A stretch of DNA of 57,671 bases from a virus. Taxonomy: Duplodnaviria; Caudoviricetes. Shown here piece by piece: positions 38,693-48,569 of this stretch. Location of the stretch: the IMG/VR virus record IMGVR_UViG_3300025647_000002, positions 1 through 57,671 of that record; one strand, written 5' to 3'. Position 1 is the stretch's first letter. Every line of letters starts with the position of its first letter. The position numbers and the translations under genes were made by a program. The notes beneath the pieces were generated by a model that was not told the DNA's origin, ran no database searches, and worked only from the letters and a program-made list of their open reading frames with translations.

Positions 38693-39463
38693 TCATGCGA
38701 ACTTCGGGGCAGTGGCACGCATAGTACCACGCACATTTCCTAGATTGGCGCGCGCCCGGCGTTCCGATATTTCACGGAGCGTCTGCTTGGCGTGATACGC
38801 TGCCAACTCACGGTCGGACCAACCCACATTGGGCAGTACCAGCAGGTGCTGGAGTGCGCTGTGTAGGATGGCTTCTTCTAAATCGTTGAACACTACCTCG
38901 TCCATGCCCTCCGCGGTACGCGACGGCTTTAATGCACAGAGCAAACGCAGCGCGTACACCTTGGTGTCGTCTGGCAGGGGGAGGACAATGAACTTGTCGG
39001 GGGTGAGCTGTGTCACAGACCGCGGTTCAGACGCTTCGTCCATAGCGGCATCGGGCATCACAAACGCTGGGTTCTCATTGAACACTGACTCGTTGAACGC
39101 CGATGTGTTGACCGCCCCGGAACCAGTCTCAGCCCACAGTTCCTCTGGCGTCAACCCGCTGTAGAGGTCAGCCCACTGCGGGTACTGGTACAACGCCTGC
39201 TCCAGCGTAAGCCGGTCAAGCGGGCTACCGTTTAGTTGCGCGGCGAACATGACATGGACGTCAGTTTCAGCGGGCTTAACGTAGTTGTATTCATGGACAC
39301 CGGGGGTGAGGTTAAATACTGGGGGTGTGTAACGCCAGCTAAGTGTTCGCTCGCACACGCGAATAGCCGCATCGCGGATGTACTGAATCATTGTGTACTG
39401 GGGACACCCCGGCACACTCGGATTCAGTCTAGGGACCATAGATGCGAACGTACGTGTCGCCAT
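38693..39463 (-). CDS. Head-tail adaptor/tail tubular protein
   Basis: VPGCP...IRDAAIRVCERT and LKPSRTA; position after the capsid genes. Confidence 0.65.
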   Translation of the reverse strand: MATRTFASMVPRLNPSVPGCPQYTMIQYIRDAAIRVCERTLSWRYTPPVFNLTPGVHEYNYVKPAETDVHVMFAAQLNGSPLDRLTLEQALYQYPQWADLYSGLTPEELWAETGSGAVNTSAFNESVFNENPAFVMPDAAMDEASEPRSVTQLTPDKFIVLPLPDDTKVYALRLLCALKPSRTAEGMDEVVFNDLEEAILHSALQHLLVLPNVGWSDRELAAYHAKQTLREISERRARANLGNVRGTMRATAPKFA

Positions 39464-40107
39464 TAACTAATTCTCCGCGGGTCAAGCCCTGAGTTCTTAT
39501 CGTCTGTGATCTCGCGCGATTGCAGCGAAACACCCAGACCTTGCGTAAAGGAGTCGAGGAATAGCTTGGCCCGGCCAGAGTTCACGTGCTCATCGTCAAC
39601 CGACTCAGCGAGGTACACCGTACCGTCCACGACTGTTGGGAAATAGGCATCAATCGGAGCAGTGATTGGATCATTAAGCGCATAATCCGTCGGCACCTTG
39701 GCGTATTCTGCAAGTAGTATAACGCCACTTGAAGGCTGAGGATAGAGGAAATAAAGGTTGGGGTTGCGCACGTGCCGCATGAAGTTCACTGGAAAGCCCG
39801 CGGGTTGACTGCGCCAGCCGGGAAACGTCTGGTCAAATGTGTCCCGGTCTACCTCTGTAACCGTGTCACCGCCCTTTATACCAAAGATTTCCACCAGTCG
39901 TATGGAGTCCGCTGGCATGGTCTGCAGCGTCGTATTCGGTGTAGTGGTGATCTCCCCGACCTGAAGAAACAGATCGGGGCGGAACATTGCCATGCGCTTG
40001 AGCGTCTGGTTTACAAAGCCCAGCATGTCACCGTCCGAATACCGCTGCGTTTCACGGACGTCGCTTATCAGCTTGCGGGCTTCAGTGATGACATCTGCGG
40101 GGGTCAT
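39463..40107 (-). CDS. Head-tail adaptor protein
   Basis: RYSDGDMLGFVNQ...RPDLF...YLYPQP pattern; coupled to the next gene. Confidence 0.65.
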   Translation of the reverse strand: MTPADVITEARKLISDVRETQRYSDGDMLGFVNQTLKRMAMFRPDLFLQVGEITTTPNTTLQTMPADSIRLVEIFGIKGGDTVTEVDRDTFDQTFPGWRSQPAGFPVNFMRHVRNPNLYFLYPQPSSGVILLAEYAKVPTDYALNDPITAPIDAYFPTVVDGTVYLAESVDDEHVNSGRAKLFLDSFTQGLGVSLQSREITDDKNSGLDPRRIS

Positions 40108-40370
40108 TCAGGCAAATCCCTTGACGCGTCGGCTTCGATCTCCGGTGCAACATATACTGGTTCTTCGGCGGTGTCATCCGTAGTCAACTCGAGCCCGGCT
40201 TTGCGCTTGCCCTGTGCCCTCTTGGCCTTGGCCACAATCTTCTCGTCGACGAACCGCTCAGGGAAGGCTTCTTCCTCGGTCACTTCCACGCACAACGCGT
40301 TCTTCGCGAGGATGGGGTTCCAGCCGTAGATGAAGCCATCTTTGGTGTTGCGCAGGTATCTCTGTGTCAT
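40104..40370 (-). CDS. Hypothetical protein
   Basis: 88-aa ORF with AAGGA SD and ATGA overlap. Confidence 0.65.
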   Translation of the reverse strand: MTQRYLRNTKDGFIYGWNPILAKNALCVEVTEEEAFPERFVDEKIVAKAKRAQGKRKAGLELTTDDTAEEPVYVAPEIEADASRDLPE

Positions 40371-40418
40371 TTCGCTTTCCTTTTCGTGTTTATGCTGTCG
40401 GTAAGATTTGGGTATGGC

Positions 40419-40679
40419 TTACCATTTCACCTTATCTGCCCAGTATGCCGCGGACATCTTACCCTTGGCGATGTTCTTCGCGTGACGCGCCTTGAAGGCT
40501 TCATTACGCTTCGAGCCGTCCGGCGAACCTTTGACGCCCTGCTGCCCGAACCGGATCGTCTTCACCTCGTCGCCGCTCTTAGCGACAACAACGTGGGATT
40601 TGGTAGGGTGGCTCGGCGTGCGCTTGGGTTTGTTGAACCCGGTAACCCCGGCTCGCTCCAGACGTGGGTCTTTTGCCAT
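40419..40679 (-). CDS. Small basic conserved phage protein
   Basis: GFNKPKRTPSHPTKSHVV...IRFGQQG...FKARH...SAAYWADKVKW. Confidence 0.75.
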   Translation of the reverse strand: MAKDPRLERAGVTGFNKPKRTPSHPTKSHVVVAKSGDEVKTIRFGQQGVKGSPDGSKRNEAFKARHAKNIAKGKMSAAYWADKVKW

Positions 40680-41527
40680 TACGTGATAACCCCCTTGATG
40701 ATTACAAAGCCCAGCACCACAGCCTCTGAGTAGTCCACTCCAGTGGAGTGGTTGTGCAGATGGATCGCACAGGACCCGGCGGCCACGGCATCGACAGTCG
40801 CGGTGTACGTGCTGGGTGTCGCCCCGGAAACTATGTTAAGGATCACAACATCGGTCGCTGCTATGAAGCTGTTGGTCAATGTGAATGTCGCACCAGAGTT
40901 CCGCGACAACTCCGTGGTGGCCATCGTGATCCGGCCGCTGGGCTTATTGAGGGTGACGCCCGTAGTTTTGTCTGTCAGCTGTGTGACAGTACCGCCTGCG
41001 CCAGCAGTGAACCCAATATCTTCGGTGACTTTAATAGACTGTGATGTGATCGACGTGATGCCCGTGAACGCCCCTGTGAAGTTCACGTCCTGTATGGACC
41101 CGCCTGTGATGGTGACATTGTCAGAGTCCTGCGCCGCCAGCGTACCGACGTCACCGGGCTGCACAGCACTGTCGGCCAGTACGCCCTGCGCGGCCGTGGC
41201 GAAGTCACCTGTGTCGTCCAGTGCCGCTGTGCCGAGCTCCAGTGCGGTCCGGGCTTGCGCTGCGTCAGTAAATGTTACTTTCGGGATAACGACTGCTCCA
41301 GCGCCGTCGGGCGCGAGCGTCAAATCCCCGTCTGTGTTTGTCGTATTGATGGTGTTGCCGTACATACGTACGTTATCGACCGATACAGAGCCGGTTCCTA
41401 CTTTAAGTGCCGTTGCAACGCCGTTCGCGCTGTAGACGGTTTTCTCAGTAGCCGCAGGCCCGCCATCAACGTGCAGAAGCTGCTCGTAGGTGTCTTTGAT
41501 AACTTTGCCAGTAAGGTTGGTAGCCAT
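40679..41527 (-). CDS. Virion structural/fibre-like protein
   Basis: Thr/Gly-rich; ARTALELGTAA, QDSDNVTITGG and GGTVTQLTDKTTGVTLN motifs. Confidence 0.65.
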   Translation of the reverse strand: MATNLTGKVIKDTYEQLLHVDGGPAATEKTVYSANGVATALKVGTGSVSVDNVRMYGNTINTTNTDGDLTLAPDGAGAVVIPKVTFTDAAQARTALELGTAALDDTGDFATAAQGVLADSAVQPGDVGTLAAQDSDNVTITGGSIQDVNFTGAFTGITSITSQSIKVTEDIGFTAGAGGTVTQLTDKTTGVTLNKPSGRITMATTELSRNSGATFTLTNSFIAATDVVILNIVSGATPSTYTATVDAVAAGSCAIHLHNHSTGVDYSEAVVLGFVIIKGVIT

Positions 41528-41555
41528 GTGCGGACCCTATCCGTGTTGGTGAGGA

Positions 41556-41573
41556 GGGGCCCCGAAGGGCCCC
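41556..41573. terminator. GC-rich hairpin after the capsid/decoration genes
   Basis: GGGGCCC-CGAA-GGGCCCC (TTCG loop on the - strand). There is no U-tract on the - strand, so it may be a stabiliser or attenuator. Confidence 0.5.
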
Positions 41574-41579
41574 GCCGTT

Positions 41580-42053
41580 TTAGGTTACGTTTGCGATCGT
41601 ACCCAGATCAGCACCCATGTTGACCACGGCCAACGACACCTTGATGCGTGCAGCATCAATGGCATTGGTGTTAATGGTCAGCAGGACGCCTGTGTCCGCC
41701 GCAGCGTACAAAGCGCCGGTCGTCAGACCAGCAGTTGTACCTACAGCGGCGTTCAGGCTGACGTCGTTGCCCCAAAGAGCAGGGGTACCCGTGACACCGA
41801 GGTCAATAGTACCGGCTGCGCCTTCAGCACGAACAACAGTCACAGCTGCGGACAGTACGTACGCGCCTGCGGGGAGCGTACCGATGACCAGCGTGTCGGT
41901 AGCTGCCAGAGCAGCTGCACTAGCAGCGGCACGGGCGGCAGCGATCTTGGCGAAGTCGAGGTCGATCTCGACGACGCTCACGCGGTCAGTGTAGTTGGCT
42001 GGGAAGCCAGCGGAGTTCTTTGCGAACCCCAGAGAGTCAGTATAAGCGACCAT
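41580..42053 (-). CDS. Capsid decoration/cement protein
   Basis: 157 aa, Ala-rich, LPAGAYVL motif, directly after the major capsid gene; AAGGAGG SD. Confidence 0.65.
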   Translation of the reverse strand: MVAYTDSLGFAKNSAGFPANYTDRVSVVEIDLDFAKIAAARAAASAAALAATDTLVIGTLPAGAYVLSAAVTVVRAEGAAGTIDLGVTGTPALWGNDVSLNAAVGTTAGLTTGALYAAADTGVLLTINTNAIDAARIKVSLAVVNMGADLGTIANVT

Positions 42054-42065
42054 TGTCAGTCCTCC

Positions 42066-42992
42066 TTATGCGAACGAGATGACGGACTGGGCGATAGCTT
42101 CAGGCTTGGTGACCTGATAACCATACACTTGCAGACCGCGAACGATGTTGCCGAAGGTGGACTGCGCACGCAGGGTTTCCATCTCTGTCATCTGTGATGC
42201 AAAGGTGAAGCCCGCTTTATGGCCAGCGATAACGCTGAACTTGCCCGCATCGACGTACAGGTTGTGTGACATGTAGATCGTGAAACGATCGACCATGCCA
42301 AGACGCCCGTTACGGATGATGGAGGTGCTGTCGCCGGAAAGCGAAGCGTCCTTCAGGTCACCCTTCTTGATGAGGCCAGCCGCTTTGGCGGGAATCACAA
42401 TATAACGATCGCTCTCAGGAACGTTCGCTTCATCCAGAACCGTACCCATATCGACGATCAGGTCGAGGATGTTTACAGTCGAGTCAGCGCCGTCCTTGGA
42501 CACAGACAGCGGGGACGCTGTGGTGCCGAGGTTGAACGACTCAGTCTTCGCGCCAGCAGTTGCGCCTTTGTTCAGACCAGAGATACCGGGCAGAATATCG
42601 GTCAGCACGCGCTGGTCGATTTTGATCTTCATCTGCTCGGAAGCGTCCTTCGACCACATATCCATCAGACCAACGTCGGACTGGATGCGATCGACATCGT
42701 CTTCAACGCAGGAGAAGTATTCGCCCTTGTCGATCACGAGTTGTAGCTTCGGCTTGTCGGGGTTCTCCACGACAAGGTTCTGACCTTTGACGTAATCACG
42801 GATCGTGATGTTCGGCTGGGTACGGATGTTGACCGTGTCACCCATGCTGCGAATTTCGCCTTCATAGTCAGTATTCGAGATTGCTGCGAGCACTGTGGCG
42901 TCGTAGAAATTCTCGATCAGTTTGCCAGACCAAATCTCTGGGATGAAGTTCCCAGAATAGTTCGGACGGCCCGGTGCGACAGGATAAGTCAT
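42066..42992 (-). CDS. Major capsid protein (HK97 fold)
   Basis: FIPEIWSGKL, YEGEI..GDTVNI, LVIDK.EYF, G.VDRFTIYMS and VRGLQVYG motifs; AAGGAG SD. Confidence 0.9.
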   Translation of the reverse strand: MTYPVAPGRPNYSGNFIPEIWSGKLIENFYDATVLAAISNTDYEGEIRSMGDTVNIRTQPNITIRDYVKGQNLVVENPDKPKLQLVIDKGEYFSCVEDDVDRIQSDVGLMDMWSKDASEQMKIKIDQRVLTDILPGISGLNKGATAGAKTESFNLGTTASPLSVSKDGADSTVNILDLIVDMGTVLDEANVPESDRYIVIPAKAAGLIKKGDLKDASLSGDSTSIIRNGRLGMVDRFTIYMSHNLYVDAGKFSVIAGHKAGFTFASQMTEMETLRAQSTFGNIVRGLQVYGYQVTKPEAIAQSVISFA

Positions 42993-43008
42993 ACCCTAAC
43001 TCCTTGCA

Positions 43009-44025
43009 TTATGCGGTTACAATGCGACCTTCCCGCTGTGCAGCGAAAATGTCACGTTCGATACGGTCACGCTCGGCCTCTTTCCCCTTGTACTTACCCT
43101 TCTGAACATCGACAAAGAACGTCTTGATGTCAGCTGACGAGTAAGTGCGCGGTTCGCTCTGAGTGGATGAACTACCAGTACGGCCTTTGCCGGGTGCTAC
43201 TTGGCGCTCAAGTTCAGAAGCAGACGTCGCCTGCCGTGTGGTACGAGCTTCCGGTACCCCAGACATTCCCTTCCAAGACGAGAAAAAATTCGCAACACGA
43301 CGAGCATCAAGACTACGCTGGGCGTCGTCCAAATACGTTTGGCGCGGAATACCTGTAAGCGGGTCGGTTTCAAGGAGCCACGATTGGAACCCTTGGTCGC
43401 CGTTAACGTCCTGCCAGTCAGGTACTACTGCCTGTAGGTCCGCCCAGAAACGCTGTTCGTTTGATACTGCTTGGTTCTGCGATAGCTGGTGGACCTGTGG
43501 GACCACGGTGCCTTGCATCTGCCGTACCAAGTTCTTGAGGTCGTCGATTTCGGCATCCTTCGTGTATGCCTCCTCGCGGAATACTCTCCGCATCACCTCA
43601 ATAGACTCGCCGTAATCCTCCACGTCTTGCTCAGTGATGAGCTTCTCAGCGGGGGTCTGCTGTTTAGCAGGAGTGGCGTTCATAGAAGTAATCAACTGCT
43701 CAAGCTGTTGAACACGTTTACCAAGCTCACGCTTTTCAGTGTGGAGCCGGGGGACCTCAGCATTGTACATCCCTTGTAGGGAACGCCAACGCTGCTCGTA
43801 TGTTTCGTCTTCGTCTTTTGTGCCCTCAGCTTGCTCTTTCGCCTTGGGCGCGGGTGCTTGTCCTCCACGGTTGTCGGCTTGATCTTCTGTACGATTATCC
43901 TCAACGGCCTGTTGTACAACCTCGGCAGTGTCGTCACCGCCCTGCTCTACTACATTCTCATTGAGTTCATTGTACAGTTTGTCAACTGCCTCAGCCTGTT
44001 TGCGAACTTGCGCTGGTAGTGCCAT
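43009..44025 (-). CDS. Capsid scaffolding protein
   Basis: Acidic/coiled-coil; WRSLQGMYNAEVPRL, VPDW...FQSWL and C-terminal AQREGRI; between portal and capsid genes. Confidence 0.75.
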   Translation of the reverse strand: MALPAQVRKQAEAVDKLYNELNENVVEQGGDDTAEVVQQAVEDNRTEDQADNRGGQAPAPKAKEQAEGTKDEDETYEQRWRSLQGMYNAEVPRLHTEKRELGKRVQQLEQLITSMNATPAKQQTPAEKLITEQDVEDYGESIEVMRRVFREEAYTKDAEIDDLKNLVRQMQGTVVPQVHQLSQNQAVSNEQRFWADLQAVVPDWQDVNGDQGFQSWLLETDPLTGIPRQTYLDDAQRSLDARRVANFFSSWKGMSGVPEARTTRQATSASELERQVAPGKGRTGSSSTQSEPRTYSSADIKTFFVDVQKGKYKGKEAERDRIERDIFAAQREGRIVTA

Positions 44026-44060
44026 AGTGAACGCTCCTCATCGGTGTGCGTGATCCGCAG

Positions 44061-44285
44061 CTATCCTTGTCTGGATTGTGCCGCCATATCAGGGGACTTT
44101 ACGAATAACTCATGAAGCTCTTTCAAAACCTGACACCGCCCCTGTGCAAGTGCCACGTTCTGTCCAACACTGGGTAGCTGCTCAAGCTCATGGCGGTACC
44201 ACTCCGCGACCCATTTAGGGAAGTCGGGGAACTGGCGGGCCGCCATGGCCACGGCTCTGACTACATCGGGGTCAGGGCGCTTCAT
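44061..44285 (-). CDS. Hypothetical head-module protein
   Basis: 74 aa with AQGRCQVL motif; ATGA overlap with the portal stop. Confidence 0.65.
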   Translation of the reverse strand: MKRPDPDVVRAVAMAARQFPDFPKWVAEWYRHELEQLPSVGQNVALAQGRCQVLKELHELFVKSPDMAAQSRQG

Positions 44286-46348
44286 CCTGATCCTCCAGTG
44301 CTGCGATTCATTACGGTGTTGGCCTGCTGACCACCGGCGGGCATACCGCCCGGTAGTGTTTCAGTCGGGGCCCCACCGGGTGCCTGCGGAGCAGTGGCCT
44401 CAGCAGCAGCAAGCGAAGCCTGCGTCTTCTGCTGGTGAGCCATCTTCTCACGCGACGGTACAATTTCATCGACCGGCATCTGCAAGCCCTTAGCGACTTC
44501 ACGCAGCAGAGCTGCCCGGCCGCCGGAACCGATGATCTCAATGTCTATCGGGTTGGCTGTGGCGTTTAGGAACTCCACGCGCCGTACGTTGACAGTCTCT
44601 TTGACAGCGAGGTTGATCGCGCCGCGCGGTACAATCTCTACGTCACCCTTGATGGATTCGTCTGGGTCGTACCGCATGTTGTACAGGAACTGCCGCTTGA
44701 CGATACGGTGGATCACGTCGGAGTCGATGTGCATCACGACCTGCCGGATACCCTTACCCGCAGACCCCATCAACATGGATAGGCCCGAGGCTGTGCGCCC
44801 AGCGCCCTGCACGTTGGTGTCGCCGTAGATATAGGCCGGGATACCGCTGTGGTCATCCGCCAAACGCGAGAACCGGTCATACACACCCATCAACTCGTTG
44901 GCACGAGAGTCAGGCTGCGAGAACCGAACAGCAGGTGCGCTCGAACCCAACGGGTCATTGGTCACCTGCCAAATTTTCCATGGTTGCATCTGTGTGATGT
45001 CTTCGTTGGGCGGGATACGCTCAAGGTTGACTTCCACCTGCGGACCGGACGCGATAGCCATGTTGTTGACGAGCGAACGAGCCGCTGCGTTGCATACGTT
45101 CTGCACATCTTCGATGATCTCGGGGATTGCTTTACCCCAAAATGCGCCCGGCTGCTTGATAAACGACGTTTTTGCATAGGGTTTTTCACCTAATGGGTCG
45201 TAATTCAGCACCACTTTGATGGCATAACTACCCACAATCCACGCATTCGCGTCGTATTCGCGGGCCTCATCAGGCACTTCTTCTTCGCTCAAACCCCACT
45301 CACGGAGCATTTTTCCGGAGATTTTACCCCAAAATTCAAGCGCATCGTACATTTCAGTGGGTGAATTGTACGCATAAAAGAGGCGTTCTTGCTCCTCTTT
45401 CTGCAGCTCTACGTCCTCATTGATCCAAGACTGGCCGTTGCCGACCTCAAGGACCTTGCGTATGGCCTCATCGTCGTAACCCGGCACACCAATAAGGTCA
45501 GCCAGCTCCATGCGACTCATGTGATGATGTTCAAACAGGTATCCGTCGTTGATGTGGCGGACACCCGGCTCCGGATATATGCGGAACGGGTCAACCCGCT
45601 CGAACTCTGGGCCCAAACGCTCTGTCGCTTCGACTATAGTCGAGCCGTCTGGTGCTTTGCTGTACCCGAGCACGCGCTGACGCCGGACGACAGGTCCTTT
45701 CAGGAACGCCGCGGGGAATGTGACGATATCCGTGACGAACTCGTTGAAGGCGTCGCCCCAGCCGCCCTGCTCGAACTGGTCTTCGATCTTGTGCTTCATG
45801 CGATCGGCGCGGTTTTGTGATTCCTGCAGTAGACGGAACCTGAAATCTTGGGACACCATCTCGCGCAGCTCGGCCATCTCCGCTTCCGTGGGGGCCTGCC
45901 CCCGCGTCTGCAGCAGCTCGATGACTTTGGCCGAGAACTCTTTCTGGATTTCCATCTCGGTGTCCGGCGGCAAGTCAGGGATCGTCGTCGGGTTCAAATC
46001 CCACGGGGGCATACCTTGGTCGAGCATGATGTCCCGCAGCCAGCTCTCGGCGGCCCGGCACTTCACCTCAGTGAGCATCATGTATACTTCAGACCCGCCC
46101 TGCGAGTTTATCGCCTTCAGCTTATCCGCTTCGTACTGGCCATTACGCTGCCGCATGGCTCTCAACATTATGTGCTCAATAGGTTTTTTGGCGATGCGTG
46201 CTGCGTCCCAACACTGACGTAGATACGCCGTCATACCCAATATAAACGGATCGTTCTGCCGTGCCTGTAGCTCACGATCAACCCGCTCTTGCTCATTACG
46301 ATCAAGAGTGGCGTTATCAACTACGCGTAACAGTGTCAGTCCGGCCAT
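44282..46348 (-). CDS. Portal protein
   Basis: Start MAGLTLL after AAGAGG; VDPFRIYP, FWGKAIPE, NNMAIASGPQ and RTASGLSML motifs; follows the large terminase. Confidence 0.88.
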   Translation of the reverse strand: MAGLTLLRVVDNATLDRNEQERVDRELQARQNDPFILGMTAYLRQCWDAARIAKKPIEHIMLRAMRQRNGQYEADKLKAINSQGGSEVYMMLTEVKCRAAESWLRDIMLDQGMPPWDLNPTTIPDLPPDTEMEIQKEFSAKVIELLQTRGQAPTEAEMAELREMVSQDFRFRLLQESQNRADRMKHKIEDQFEQGGWGDAFNEFVTDIVTFPAAFLKGPVVRRQRVLGYSKAPDGSTIVEATERLGPEFERVDPFRIYPEPGVRHINDGYLFEHHHMSRMELADLIGVPGYDDEAIRKVLEVGNGQSWINEDVELQKEEQERLFYAYNSPTEMYDALEFWGKISGKMLREWGLSEEEVPDEAREYDANAWIVGSYAIKVVLNYDPLGEKPYAKTSFIKQPGAFWGKAIPEIIEDVQNVCNAAARSLVNNMAIASGPQVEVNLERIPPNEDITQMQPWKIWQVTNDPLGSSAPAVRFSQPDSRANELMGVYDRFSRLADDHSGIPAYIYGDTNVQGAGRTASGLSMLMGSAGKGIRQVVMHIDSDVIHRIVKRQFLYNMRYDPDESIKGDVEIVPRGAINLAVKETVNVRRVEFLNATANPIDIEIIGSGGRAALLREVAKGLQMPVDEIVPSREKMAHQQKTQASLAAAEATAPQAPGGAPTETLPGGMPAGGQQANTVMNRSTGGSG

Positions 46349-46366
46349 ATGGTACCTCTTGTGCGT

Positions 46367-46395
46367 AATATACACATCATCATGTTGTACGGCAA
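46367..46395 (-). promoter_or_regulatory. Sigma70-like promoter for the portal/head operon
   Basis: TTGCCG-17 nt-TATATT on the - strand, just downstream of the terminase terminator. Confidence 0.5.
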
Positions 46396-46402
46396 GCCTA
46401 AG

Positions 46403-46435
46403 AAAAAACCCCCACCAGTGGAGTTCCGGTGGGGG
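46403..46435 (-). terminator. Intrinsic terminator after the large terminase
   Basis: CCCCCACC/GGTGGGGG stem followed by T6 on the - strand. Confidence 0.65.
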
Positions 46436-46498
46436 CTAGGTAAGGCGTGAGGTAAAGTCCTATCGGGAGGAGTAGGGGCTTTATAGAACATGATGGTA

Positions 46499-47881
46499 CT
46501 AGGTCCAGCCTATAGATGCAACAGGTTTGATATCCCGGCGCTGAGGTATGGTACTTGCATCACTGACCTGCCCGATATGGAGCATCAGGTACTGCAGCGC
46601 TTCGGCCACGTGGCTGTGTTTGTTCTTGTCGATCCCGCCGTGTTTGTCGAACCGATACCCGCCCATCATGGCGGCTTTGAGCCGGGAGCACCGTGGGTCG
46701 AGCAGGAACGCTGGGTCGCCGTCGACCTGCCGCATTAGGTAGTCGTCCACTGCGTTGAGACGCGCGCTGACCTTGTTGGTCTTGGCCGGGATGACCCGCA
46801 GCCCCTCGGCCTTGATGATGTCGACCGCGGTCCGCTCGTCTGTCTGCGCCCGCTGTGTACCCGCCGGGTCAACCACGATCAGGACAGGCGCACCGGAGAA
46901 CCGTTCGGTAAGTAGGGGTTTTAGCATCGTGCGGACGAACCGTTGAATCCCCATATCGAAGCTCACAAGCTCGTCGAGGATAAGGGCTCGCCCGCGGGGG
47001 TCTTGTTGCCCTATGGCGGCGGCCGGCGTCAACCCCAAATCCATCCCTACGAGGATCGGCCGTACCCCATTGACGATTGGCTTCAGCGTTTGCCCGGCCA
47101 TGTGGTAGTCCGGCCGGAAGTATTGGTATACCGGCTTGCCGTTACTGCTCAGCCCGTACTCACCGTCGATGAAGACGCGCACATACTCTTCGCTCCGGCC
47201 TTGGGTGTCGTAGTACCCATCCGGCAGGTTCTCGATGTTCTCTGCGTAGGGGCTGAGTCCCGACGGCTGCTTGAACACGTCCCATCCGTTATCGTTGGGT
47301 GACACGCCGTCCTTGGGGTCGAGCCCCTCCATCTGGTAGTACCACCACGTATCCATGGTCGGCGGGTTGGTGTCCCCCCACATCCCGTGCCATGTCGGCC
47401 CACCGTCCTTGGACGAGGGGAAACGACCAATACGTTTGGACATCGCATCCACGATCTCAGGGTGGATATCCCGACACTCGTTGAACCACGCGAACGTAAG
47501 TTCCAGTGAGTTCAGGTTGGCCACGTCGTCCGCATCGTCCAACGCGCGGAACATAATCTCGCACTCGATGTCGCCCACCTCGAAGAAGTAGGTCTTTGTC
47601 GTGCGCATGTACCGCCCACACTGCCCCGGCGGGAACCAGTCAAGGAACGTCTTGATGACCGTATCCTGCAGCTGCCGCGCCGTCTCACGGACGATGGCCG
47701 CCCGGGTGCGCCGCTTACCTGTGGCGTCAGGCTCCTGCATCGCCGCCCGGCGGATGATCTCGAAACTGGAGGTCACCGACTTACCCGACCCGACGGGGCC
47801 CATGAGCACGCGCATCTTGGCGTCCGACTCCATGAACCGCTCGCCCGTGGCCGGCGGCGTATAGTTGATATCAACTGCCAT
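46499..47881 (-). CDS. terL: Terminase large subunit
   Basis: Walker A GPVGSGKS, Walker B-like AWFNE, DTNPP, nuclease motifs GMDLGLTPA, VDPAG and SHVAEALQY. Confidence 0.92.
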   Translation of the reverse strand: MAVDINYTPPATGERFMESDAKMRVLMGPVGSGKSVTSSFEIIRRAAMQEPDATGKRRTRAAIVRETARQLQDTVIKTFLDWFPPGQCGRYMRTTKTYFFEVGDIECEIMFRALDDADDVANLNSLELTFAWFNECRDIHPEIVDAMSKRIGRFPSSKDGGPTWHGMWGDTNPPTMDTWWYYQMEGLDPKDGVSPNDNGWDVFKQPSGLSPYAENIENLPDGYYDTQGRSEEYVRVFIDGEYGLSSNGKPVYQYFRPDYHMAGQTLKPIVNGVRPILVGMDLGLTPAAAIGQQDPRGRALILDELVSFDMGIQRFVRTMLKPLLTERFSGAPVLIVVDPAGTQRAQTDERTAVDIIKAEGLRVIPAKTNKVSARLNAVDDYLMRQVDGDPAFLLDPRCSRLKAAMMGGYRFDKHGGIDKNKHSHVAEALQYLMLHIGQVSDASTIPQRRDIKPVASIGWT

Positions 47882-48071
47882 GTTCTACCCTCGTACTTAT
47901 CAGCTGCAGGACTATCTCCCGCGGCCGCCGTTTCGCTTTGGCAGGAACCACTTTGGTTTTGTATGAGTAACCCGCTGCCACGACTTGTTTGCGAAACGCT
48001 TCGTATTCTTGAGCTGATTCAAAACGCGCCGCCGGTAATCCCTCATAGCTACTGTCGAACCTATTCAGCAT
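47871..48071 (-). CDS. Hypothetical protein
   Basis: About 66 aa, overlapping both the small-terminase stop and the large-terminase start. Confidence 0.55.
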   Translation of the reverse strand: MLNRFDSSYEGLPAARFESAQEYEAFRKQVVAAGYSYKTKVVPAKAKRRPREIVLQLISTRVEHGS

Positions 48072-48534
48072 CGAGTTCAATGGCTTCGCCCTCCACGTCC
48101 GCGGTTAGCGTCATAGGCATGGCGTTACCCCCGAAGTTTATGTTGATCTTCACACCACCGGTACCACCGGCGTTGGAATCTTCCGTCTTGGTCTCCAACC
48201 CCGCCCACTTCACTGTGCTCTTGATGAGGTCAGCTTTCACCGCGGCGGACACATCCGGACTGTGGATCAGCCCCCACGATGTTGTGAGCAACTCCTCAGC
48301 CTGTGCCCGGGCCTTGAGCTTGAACGTGACACCCTTCTCGCGGATGTCCTCGCGGTATGCCTCCACCTTCTTGAGAAATACCGGGTCCTTGTTGAACACC
48401 AGCAGTTCTGTGGAGGTGATGCTGTGCCGCTGTTTGATCTCATCAACAGTTTCACCACTGCCCTCAAGGGCAAGGGCCATGTCAAACGCCAAGCGATCGG
48501 ACCATTTTGTGTGCTGAAGAGGGTATGTATCCAT
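48061..48534 (-). CDS. terS: Putative terminase small subunit
   Basis: Helical 157-aa protein with GVKININFG C-terminal strand; first gene of the packaging operon. Confidence 0.65.
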   Translation of the reverse strand: MDTYPLQHTKWSDRLAFDMALALEGSGETVDEIKQRHSITSTELLVFNKDPVFLKKVEAYREDIREKGVTFKLKARAQAEELLTTSWGLIHSPDVSAAVKADLIKSTVKWAGLETKTEDSNAGGTGGVKININFGGNAMPMTLTADVEGEAIELDAE

Positions 48535-48540
48535 GCCGCA

Positions 48541-48569
48541 AAGATAGCGCGCCGTTGGGTGCCTGACAA
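48541..48569 (-). promoter_or_regulatory. Sigma70-like promoter of the terminase operon
   Basis: TTGTCA-17 nt-TATCTT, ending 6 nt before the ATG at 48534. Confidence 0.55.
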
